Positions 8,546 through 15,113 of a DNA stretch of 32,000 nt are shown one piece after another. Location of the stretch: NCBI RefSeq assembly GCF_000025505.1, contig NC_013849.1:2100001-2132000 (forward strand), written 5' to 3'. The notes under the pieces are model-generated. The model saw nothing but the letters and a program-made list of their open reading frames with translations. It was not told the DNA's origin and did no database searches. A program made the translations under genes and the position numbers. Each line of letters begins with the position of its first letter. Position 1 is the stretch's first letter. The DNA is from Ferroglobus placidus DSM 10642. Its GTDB lineage: Archaea > Halobacteriota > Archaeoglobi > Archaeoglobales > Archaeoglobaceae.

Positions 8546-8682
8546 TCCAACTCTACTATTAAATCGTTTTTCACCAAAATTACGTATTTTCGAAGCTTCA
8601 TTTCGACGAATTCGCTAAGGTTGGAAATTAATTCCTTAGTTCTCTTAAGGACGTTTTTATTGATGGTTAATGTTTATTTCAC
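8527..8682 (-). pseudogene. ribbon-helix-helix (CopG/antitoxin-like) remnant with an in-frame TAA at codon 3
   Basis: The minus-strand frame reads GTG-K-TAA-TLTINKNVLKRTKELISNLSEFVEMKLRKYVILVKNDLIVELDGPAGV-stop. This is an RHH-like strand-helix-helix pattern. The 3' end runs 19 nt into the tRNA-Ile 3' end, and there is no usable start after the TAA. Confidence 0.3.
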
Positions 8683-8722
8683 CTTGTCCTAACTTTGTGA
8701 GGTATATTGATTCATACGTGTG

Positions 8723-8742
8723 AATAAAAATAAATAAAAATA
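8723..8742 (-). terminator. T-rich tract (minus strand TTTATTTTTATTTATTTTTATT), formed by a 2x10-nt tandem AATAAAAATA
   Basis: Lies 24-43 nt downstream of the relE-like stop. Oligo-T tracts act as archaeal termination signals. Confidence 0.35.
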
Positions 8743-8765
8743 AAGGTTGTTATCGGCAGTGTAAT

Positions 8766-9008
8766 TTATTTATAAGCTTTTTCCCTCTTTTCAAGGTCGA
8801 AAACTATACACTCTCCACCTTCAATCCACATCTTGAGTCTGTAATTTCCAATTCTAAAGCGGTAAATATTGTCGTAACCTACGAGTTTGACTAAATCCCC
8901 TCTGCCAGTTTCCTCAAAGATCTTCAATTTGGCGAGGATTCTAACTTGGTCTTCTCTGGGAAGTTTACTCAGTTTCTTTAGAAATTTCTTTTCGAATTTC
9001 AGCTTCAT
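8766..9008 (-). CDS. RelE/ParE-family type II toxin
   Basis: 80 aa starting MKLKFEKKFLKKLSKLP. YRFRIGNYRLKMWIEGGECIVFDLEKREKAY is the typical RelE/ParE C-terminal core. Confidence 0.85.
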   Translation of the reverse strand: MKLKFEKKFLKKLSKLPREDQVRILAKLKIFEETGRGDLVKLVGYDNIYRFRIGNYRLKMWIEGGECIVFDLEKREKAYK

Positions 9009-9195
9009 CTATACCAAGCTCCTTCAAAGCCTCGTCAAAAGAAAACAGTTCCAGTTCTCCACGATCCTTTTTTCTGAGAAACTCTTCGATTTCAATAATA
9101 TCTTGCTTCGTGAGGAGCTGGGATTCGAGGTATTCCACTCTTTTCTTGAGCTGTTCGAGGTCTTTCGCAAGTTGTTCGAGCGTAATTTTTGTCAT
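8965..9195 (-). CDS. putative cognate antitoxin (coiled-coil, acidic)
   Basis: 76-aa acidic helical ORF immediately upstream of the RelE-like gene, overlapping it by 44 nt. Its ATG overlaps the upstream ORF's stop (ATGA). Confidence 0.6.
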   Translation of the reverse strand: MTKITLEQLAKDLEQLKKRVEYLESQLLTKQDIIEIEEFLRKKDRGELELFSFDEALKELGIDEAEIRKEISKETE

Positions 9196-9585
9196 GAAAG
9201 TAAATCGGTTCGAGAGCTGATAAAGTTAGCGGAGGCTATCACTAGGGGGATGTGTTTTTTTTGGATAACCTCTTTTAAAATGCTTAGAATTCCTTTCAGG
9301 ATGTCTAATCCTCTTTCCTCTCCAGCCATGCAAATGAGAGCTATCTCAGTTAAGTTTTCTTTTAGCTTTTCAAAATCCGAAACACTCTGAGAAGCAAAAT
9401 ATGTTAGGAGGATTATTGCCAGCCTATCGGAAGTTGATTTTATGATAGAGTTCAAGCTCTAGATCTTTTTTCTCCTATCTGAGGGATCCATTTTAGTTTG
9501 AAGAATTCCCATTTTTTCTAAGTCTTTAATATGCTTTGCGAGAACGGAGTCAGATAATCCAAGAATCTCTTTGTATCTACTTTAG
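9192..9585 (-). pseudogene. winged-helix (MarR/ArsR-like) regulator, 5'-truncated and interrupted by an in-frame TAG
   Basis: Minus frame: TAA-SRYKEILGLSDSVLAKHIKDLEKMGILQTKMDPSDRRKKI-TAG-SLNSIIKST... continuing into track ORF 9192..9455. I verified the same frame codon by codon. The HTH plus DPxDRR wing motif is typical of MarR-type wHTH proteins. The N-terminal ~40 aa are missing at the IS boundary. Confidence 0.5.
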
Positions 9586-10300
9586 TTACTATTGTCAAGC
9601 CCTGTCAACTTAACCACCTCAGATGATTGTAATAGGGCATAAACAACTTACAGAACAAATTCCAGTTCACAACTGAATTCTTATCGGTAATGGAACAGAA
9701 GAACAGCTTAACTCTCTGTTTAAATGAGCTGAACGTCGCTTCAACCAGACTTCTCTTTCCGAAAGGTTTCATGCTTAAATTCCAAGCCTAAACTTTCTAT
9801 TGCTTTTCTCAGCCATGGTGCTTTGTCTATCAAAAACTTGGGTTCGTTCTCGCAGTAATTAAGAACTTCTTTGACGAAAGACCTTGCTGTAAGAATGTTT
9901 CTCGTCGTGTAAACCCTCATTAAAATCAGCTCGTTCCTTTCAACGTCTACCGCGGCAAAAATGTAGAACTTCTTTTTGTTAGCTTTGACAATCGTTTCAT
10001 CTATTGCAACAAGATTTCTCCGCTTCTTCTCAGTAGAAATTGGTAACTTCTCTTCAAACTTCTTTATCCATTTCCACACAGCCGTATGGGAGACCGGACG
10101 AAACTCCGAGAGAATTTTAGCCGTTCTCCTCGTCGAAGAAGTTTGAACGTAAGTGGCTACGCCAAGAATTCTAATGTCGTTCGGAACTCTTTCCCTCTCA
10201 AACAACTCAAGCTCCTCTATAAGCTTCTTCAACTTCATCAAAATTGTCTGAATAATATTCTGGGAAGGTAAAGTTTACGGGTCTGTTATATGAATAACAA
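9586..10300 (-). mobile_element. IS6-family insertion sequence remnant (boundaries approximate)
   Basis: Contains the IS6-type DDE transposase gene. A candidate terminal sequence GGGTCTGTTATATG (10281-10294) resembles the IS26-type GGxxCTGTT end. The opposite end shows only a poor inverted match, so the inverted repeats are not confidently defined. Confidence 0.55.
9605..10241 (-). pseudogene. IS6-family transposase, disrupted by a single-base frameshift
   Basis: The track ORF (166 aa, LVAIDETIVKANKKKFYIFAAVD DDE region) ends ...KHETFRKEKSG-stop. The +1 frame continues FGKRSLVEATFSSFKQRVKLFF...NHLRWLS-stop at 9605, matching the conserved IS6 C-terminus. The shift maps to a TTT run near 9766. 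Confidence 0.75.
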
Positions 10301-10368
10301 GCAGGAGTTAGGGGGGCATTTTCCCAATTAACCCTACCTTTAAATACATCTTAAGGAGAACATTTATC

Positions 10369-10599
10369 ATGGTCGAGATAGTTATCAAAATGCCTGAAGA
10401 AATTGACGAAAAACTCCTTGCAGAAATACAGGAAGAAATCAGAAGGATTGTAAAGCTGAGACTCGCTCGGGAGCTTCTCCTTAAAGAATGGGATGAAAGA
10501 TTTTCAAGGAGCGAGTTAAGCGATGAGGAATGCTTAGAGCTCGGGAAAGAGGTCAATCGAGCTGCTTTGAAAATATGGAAGGAGAAGGGTTGGTTGTGA
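10369..10599 (+). CDS. putative antitoxin (VapB-like partner of the PIN protein)
   Basis: 76-aa charged helical ORF. Its TGA is directly abutted by the ATG of the PIN gene. Confidence 0.5.
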   Translation: MVEIVIKMPEEIDEKLLAEIQEEIRRIVKLRLARELLLKEWDERFSRSELSDEECLELGKEVNRAALKIWKEKGWL

Positions 10600-10923
10600 A
10601 TGAAGCTTGTTGTGGACACAAATGTTCTGTTTTCATTCTTCAAAAAAGATTCAACTACAAGAAAAATAATCACCATGGTCGAGCTCTTCGAGCTTTTTAC
10701 GCTTAAATCAAGACTTGACGAGCTTGCAAAGTATGAAAAGATTATTTGTTCAAAAGCGAGAATAACTCCGGAAGAGTTTTCCAAATCTCTGAAGGAACTG
10801 CAGATATTTGTAAATGTCATCGACGATTCAGAGGTTGTGAAATTTGCAGAAGAAGCCAGAAAACTTGCTCCGCATGAAGAGGACATTCCCCTCTTTGCTC
10901 TAGCCCTTGCAATAAAAGCATAG
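10600..10923 (+). CDS. PIN-domain (VapC-like) toxin, C-terminally truncated by a TAG and probably decaying
   Basis: MKLVVDTNVL (first acidic residue), DEL, and HEEDIPLFALALAIKA followed by TAG. The same frame continues IWSKQYFENL..., resembling the conserved IWSxDKxF segment that carries the fourth PIN acidic residue. Confidence 0.65.
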   Translation: MKLVVDTNVLFSFFKKDSTTRKIITMVELFELFTLKSRLDELAKYEKIICSKARITPEEFSKSLKELQIFVNVIDDSEVVKFAEEARKLAPHEEDIPLFALALAIKA

Positions 10924-11024
10924 ATTTGGTCTAAGCAATACTTCGAGAATTTGATCCGGAATGTTCAGGGGAAGAGTCAGAGAAAAAGACCGTGATTAAG
11001 AGCTTAAAAAGAGGATAAAATTAA

Positions 11025-11081
11025 GCGGTCAGACCTACCCAGTTTCATCACCTCTCAGCTCCCGTAAGGGTCATCATCCCC
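11025..11081 (-). ncRNA. C/D-box sRNA (2'-O-methylation guide)
   Basis: Minus-strand RNA: GGGG-AUGAUGA(C)-CCCUUACGGGAG-CUGA(D')-GAG-GUGAUGA(C')-AACUGGGUAGGU-CUGA(D)-CCGC. All four boxes are perfect. Both spacers are exactly 12 nt and the D'-C' loop is 3 nt. A TATA-like box lies ~26 nt upstream, and TTTT/TTTTT tracts follow. Confidence 0.85.
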
Positions 11082-11102
11082 TGAGTATTTTTGGCGAAGC
11101 TG

Positions 11103-11112
11103 AATTTAAAAA
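11103..11112 (-). promoter_or_regulatory. TATA-like box (minus strand TTTTTAAATT) for the C/D sRNA
   Basis: Centred about 26 nt upstream of the predicted sRNA 5' end, immediately after the acyl-CoA dehydrogenase stop codon. Confidence 0.5.
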
Positions 11113-11116
11113 TGAT

Positions 11117-12364
11117 TTACTCGTAAACTTTTTCAAACTCTTTGTACCAGTCCATCGCATCCTTTTCGTAGTCTCTGTCTTTGCTTGGAAGTTTGAGCAT
11201 TTTGTACGCTTCGTGCTGGATTAATAGCTTCATTATTTCGTTGCTTCCCGTCCATATCGGAGCTAAGCGCATGTCTCTCAGCATTCTCTCCACCGGATAC
11301 ACTTGCGTGTATCCAATCCCTCCAAGGATTTGCATGGCGTTGTTTACTATTTCCCAGCCAAATTCCGTCGCTAAATACTTCGCCTCGCTGACGAATCTCC
11401 TCGGGTCAACTTTGCTCTTTCCAGCATCGTAATCGTCGGCAGCTCTGGCTGCAGCATAAACCAAGTATCTCGCAGCATCGAGCTTTGCAACGCTCTCAGC
11501 CACCTTAAAACTAACCCCTTGAAACTCCCTTATCTTTCTTCCAAAGGCTTTTCTCTTGTCGGAATATTTCATAGCAATCTCTATTGCCGCCCTTGCCAAT
11601 CCAACAGCTCCGGCAGCTGATGTGAGTCTTTCTGGAATCATCATTCTGTTGAAAACAATTCTCGCTCCGTTCACCTCTCCAATTCTGTACTCATCCGGCA
11701 CTTCCAAGTTTTTGAAGGCGATTCTTGCTGTTCCCATACCTTTGAACCCCATTAGGTTGTGCAGATCTTCGATCTCAACTCCCATATCCCTCTCGACGAT
11801 AAATGCTGTTAGAGCTTTATGTCCCGGGGCGTTTGGGTCGGTTCTTGCGTAAATCAGATAAAAGTCAGCCACCTTCCCTCCGGCTATGAACCTCTTCGCT
11901 CCATTTAATATCCACTTGTTTCCCTTCTTTTCAGCTTTCGTAGTCGTTCCAAAGAAATCGCTCCCACCCCTCGGCTCGGTAAGCCCTTCAGCAGCGATCT
12001 TTTTCCCCCTTATCAACGGCTTTAGAAACTCCTCTTTTTGCCATTCTTGACCGAAGCGGTATATTGCTTCTCCTACTATGCTTATCATTGCATATGCACA
12101 TCCGAGCCCCATTCCGAGAACTCCCACTTCTTCAACAGCCACGCTTTCAGCTAGCCAGCTTAGATTTCTTCCTCCGTATTCTTCGGGAAATCTCAAACCG
12201 AGCAGTTTCCTTTTTCCAGCCTCCTCAACGAACTCGAAGGGATAATCTACTTCATCCCTGTCCATTTTCCTCAAAAGCTCTGGATCGACAGAACTTACGA
12301 ACTCCTTTACCTCCTCCCTAAGCTTCACGATCTCATCGTCAAGGAAGAAGTTTGTTTCGAGCAT
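11117..12364 (-). CDS. acyl-CoA dehydrogenase family flavoprotein
   Basis: About 415 aa with typical ACAD blocks (GLTEPRGGSDF, FIAGG, PERLTSAAGAVG, YPVERMLRDMRL). The track start at 12370 is TTG, so I preferred the ATG at 12364. Confidence 0.9.
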   Translation of the reverse strand: MLETNFFLDDEIVKLREEVKEFVSSVDPELLRKMDRDEVDYPFEFVEEAGKRKLLGLRFPEEYGGRNLSWLAESVAVEEVGVLGMGLGCAYAMISIVGEAIYRFGQEWQKEEFLKPLIRGKKIAAEGLTEPRGGSDFFGTTTKAEKKGNKWILNGAKRFIAGGKVADFYLIYARTDPNAPGHKALTAFIVERDMGVEIEDLHNLMGFKGMGTARIAFKNLEVPDEYRIGEVNGARIVFNRMMIPERLTSAAGAVGLARAAIEIAMKYSDKRKAFGRKIREFQGVSFKVAESVAKLDAARYLVYAAARAADDYDAGKSKVDPRRFVSEAKYLATEFGWEIVNNAMQILGGIGYTQVYPVERMLRDMRLAPIWTGSNEIMKLLIQHEAYKMLKLPSKDRDYEKDAMDWYKEFEKVYE

Positions 12365-12436
12365 ACTCAACTTTAACTTTTCCTAAGCTATATACTGTTC
12401 GCAAAAATTGGAAGGAGAAATTTTGAACTTTCGACG

Positions 12437-13741
12437 CTAAATAACATTATTGTTCCTTAAATTTTCAAGATCCTCCTTGCCCAAACCTAAAAGCGTTCTG
12501 TAAACGAATTCGTTATCCTCTCCAACGTTTTTGCAAATCCACTTCAGCTTTGGAGGAGTTTCGCTGAACCTCCAGGGAGAATTGACAACTACAAGCTCCG
12601 GGTAGCGTCTGTCCTTGTACTTTCTGAACACGGCTTTTTCCCACCAGTATTTATCCTCCAAAACCTCCTTAGGAGTCATGACCTTGGCGTAAATCGCTGT
12701 ACCCTTCTCCCCTTTTTCCTTCCACTCAACCATTTTTCTCGCAAGTTCTTCAAATGTAAACTTCTCTATAGCCTTCTGAATATCTTTGTAAGCCTCCTTC
12801 TGCTTTTCGAGAGGAGTTCTGTCGAAAACCGTTGGATATTTCTCAAAAATCTCTGGAGCTTCTATTTGAGTCACAAGGGCTCTAAAGTTGTCGTCCGTAT
12901 ATCCCGCTGCGAACACGTAGCCGTCTTTTATCTTGTAGTATGCGTAGCTGAAAACTCCAGCGTCGAGAGGTAAAACGCCAACATCAACTGGCTCTTTAAA
13001 AACGTGCACCCACTGCAGCTCCATCGTTATCTTCATCATAACCTCAGTGGAGGTTACGTCTATCATCTGCCCCTCTCCGGTTCTGTTCCTGTAAAGCAAA
13101 GCCAGTAAAACTCCAGAAACGGCGTAAATTGCTGTGAAGTAGCTTGCCATCCAGAATCTTGGAGAGGTTGGTAAGTTGTAGGGTTCTCCAGCTTCCTCTA
13201 ACTCTTTACAAGCGTACATGTAGCCGGAGTTGGCAATTCCGAGAAGATTTGAGTCCGGTATTTTCGCAAATTCTTTTGCTTTCTTTCCGAAGTGACCGTG
13301 GGCTGAGAAAGCCAAGTAAATCAATCCCGGATTTATTTCACTAAGCTGTCTGTAGCCAATTCCAAGCTCGTCCAGGTAGCCGGGAGGGTAAGATTCTATC
13401 ACCACATCTGCTTTAGATACGAGCTTCTTGAAAAGCTCTCTCCCCTCCTCTTTTTCAATGTTTAAAGTTATGAACTCCTTGTTTCTTCCCTCAACGAGGA
13501 AGTTCAGTCCGGTGTTGTGGAAGTAATACTCTCCGAAAGGTGAAATCTCTCTGAAAGCGTCCCCTCCAGGAGGCTCGATTTTTATCACCCTCGCACCAAA
13601 CTCGGCAAGAATGGAAGAGGTAACGTGAGCTGCTGGCTGAGCGTAGCTAATATCGAGAACTGTAACATCCTTTAAAGCGTCATCTTTAAATCTCGCCTCT
13701 TCTGGATCGGTTAACTTTTTAGCGAACTCTTCCCATTCCAT
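12437..13741 (-). CDS. family III CoA-transferase (CaiB/BaiF/Frc family), divergent paralog
   Basis: VTVLDISYAQPAAHVTSSILAEFGARVIKIEPPGGD N-terminal signature. GGTGAGGTGA precedes the ATG. The Asp region is IPDSNLLGIANSG. Confidence 0.85.
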   Translation of the reverse strand: MEWEEFAKKLTDPEEARFKDDALKDVTVLDISYAQPAAHVTSSILAEFGARVIKIEPPGGDAFREISPFGEYYFHNTGLNFLVEGRNKEFITLNIEKEEGRELFKKLVSKADVVIESYPPGYLDELGIGYRQLSEINPGLIYLAFSAHGHFGKKAKEFAKIPDSNLLGIANSGYMYACKELEEAGEPYNLPTSPRFWMASYFTAIYAVSGVLLALLYRNRTGEGQMIDVTSTEVMMKITMELQWVHVFKEPVDVGVLPLDAGVFSYAYYKIKDGYVFAAGYTDDNFRALVTQIEAPEIFEKYPTVFDRTPLEKQKEAYKDIQKAIEKFTFEELARKMVEWKEKGEKGTAIYAKVMTPKEVLEDKYWWEKAVFRKYKDRRYPELVVVNSPWRFSETPPKLKWICKNVGEDNEFVYRTLLGLGKEDLENLRNNNVI

Positions 13742-13750
13742 CTTCTCACC

Positions 13751-15088
13751 TCACCACTTAAAAACCGGATCGTCCTCTGGCTTGAAGTCTGATGGCGGCT
13801 TTCTTCCGATTACATCAGCCCAGTAAGAAATTACTCCCTCTTTAACAAGCTCTTCAATCTCCTCATCGTTCAAGCCGAGAATCTTTTTGAAAACGTATCT
13901 GTTGTGATAACCGACTGGATAAACTGACCACTTTATCCTTCCCGGAGTTTTGCTGAGCTTTATCGGTGTTCCAGCTGCGGCAAAGCTTCCAAGAATTGGA
14001 TCGTCGTAAATCCAAACACTTTTTCTGCTCCTAAGATGCTCATCGTGATAAACTTCGAAACTCCTTCTTACTGGAGATGCCGAAAATCCGTAGTTCTTTG
14101 CAGCTTCTATTACTTCATCGAGTGTTTTCTTGGAAACCCACTCAGCCACTATTTTATCAAGTTCGTCAGCGTTTTCCTTTTTCAGTCTTGCGGTGGTCGT
14201 CGAAAACCTCTCGTTTTTCAAAAGATCCTCGGCATTCATAGCCTTACACAACGCTTCAAACTCCTTTTGGGAGAGAATCGAAATTACCACAAGCTTTCCA
14301 TCCCTTGTTCTATACATGTTTGCCGGAGAAAGGTTTGGATCCCTGTTACCCATCCTCGGGCGGTCCTCACCTTTGAGGGCAACGTAAGTGTAGATTGCAT
14401 CCATAATTCTTGGGAGGGTTTCAACCTGACTCAAATCTATGTACTGCCCTTTCCCGGTTTTTTCTCTGTAGTACAAGGCTATTAACACTGCCATAAATCC
14501 GACTGTTGCGTTTATGAAGTCTCCTGGATAATGGGGAAGTCTTAAGGGGATTCTTTCTTCGTATCCCGAAACTGCCGACACTCCGCTCATTGCTTGTCCG
14601 CTTGCGTCAAAACTTGGCCAATCCTTTCTTTCGCCCCACTGTCCATAACCGCTGAGGGAAAGATAAATTATGTTGGGATTAACTTCTTTGACGTGTCTGT
14701 AGCTTAAGCCGAGTTTGTCCATTACTCCTGGTCTGAAGTTCTCCACAATAACGTCGCTCTTTTTAGCAAGCTTCAAAAATAGATCTCTCCCCTTGGGATT
14801 CTTCAAGTCGATGGATACGTAGTACTTATTCCTGTTGACCCACGTAGCTCCTAAAGAAGCTTCCTTCCAGAATCTTGCCCACAAGCTTACACTTCTTATC
14901 AAATCCCCCATTTTTGGCGGCTCTATTTTTATCACCTCAGCTCCAAATTCCGCAAGCAGGGAAGTGGTCTCTGGACCGTGTATAACCATCGTCAGATCGA
15001 GAACTCTTATCCCTTCAAGCACTTCTGGCTTTTCAAAAACCTTCTCTGGACTGAAAAGCTCGTTCGTCCACTCAAAATAATCCCTCAT
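13751..15088 (-). CDS. family III CoA-transferase (CaiB/BaiF/Frc family)
   Basis: IRVLDLTMVIHGPETTSLLAEFGAEVIKIEPP signature and a candidate catalytic Asp in SFDASGQAMSG. AGGAGGGGG precedes the ATG. Confidence 0.9.
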   Translation of the reverse strand: MRDYFEWTNELFSPEKVFEKPEVLEGIRVLDLTMVIHGPETTSLLAEFGAEVIKIEPPKMGDLIRSVSLWARFWKEASLGATWVNRNKYYVSIDLKNPKGRDLFLKLAKKSDVIVENFRPGVMDKLGLSYRHVKEVNPNIIYLSLSGYGQWGERKDWPSFDASGQAMSGVSAVSGYEERIPLRLPHYPGDFINATVGFMAVLIALYYREKTGKGQYIDLSQVETLPRIMDAIYTYVALKGEDRPRMGNRDPNLSPANMYRTRDGKLVVISILSQKEFEALCKAMNAEDLLKNERFSTTTARLKKENADELDKIVAEWVSKKTLDEVIEAAKNYGFSASPVRRSFEVYHDEHLRSRKSVWIYDDPILGSFAAAGTPIKLSKTPGRIKWSVYPVGYHNRYVFKKILGLNDEEIEELVKEGVISYWADVIGRKPPSDFKPEDDPVFKW

Positions 15089-15113
15089 TCTACCCCCTCC
15101 TAAAAAATTAAAA

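Noticed and set aside
9584-10299. Imperfect inverted match between TAGTTACTATTGTCAAGCCC (9584-9603) and the complement of 10278-10299 as the IS6 terminal inverted repeats
   Set aside because: Identity is only about 50-60 percent, and the GGG lies at the inner rather than the outer end, opposite to IS6-family termini. It is not reliable enough to define the IS ends.
10308-10886. 192-aa Ser-rich minus-strand ORF spanning the VapB/PIN locus
   Set aside because: It is low-complexity (poly-Ser/Phe) and exactly antisense to two ORFs with recognisable antitoxin/PIN features. It is an antisense artefact of a Glu/Lys-rich coding region.
9459-10923. In-frame TAG codons (wHTH gene at 9459-9461, PIN gene at 10921-10923) as possible pyrrolysine recoding, and the TGA at 16700-16702 as possible selenocysteine
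   Set aside because: There is no pyl or Sec machinery and no SECIS/PYLIS-like context in the window. The TAGs occur in an islet that also contains a TAA-disrupted gene and a frameshifted gene, so pseudogenisation is the simpler reading. A Sec residue in the middle of a TM helix is implausible. Readthrough or a sequencing error remains possible and is reported separately.
8546-11116. Direct repeat of the tRNA-Ile 3' end (att site) bounding the accessory islet, and an integrase gene
   Set aside because: I searched by eye for a second copy of GGTTCAAACCCCCGCGGGCCCA or sub-strings near 10900-11116 and found none. No integrase-like ORF is present. An integrative-element origin is therefore only inferred, not demonstrated.
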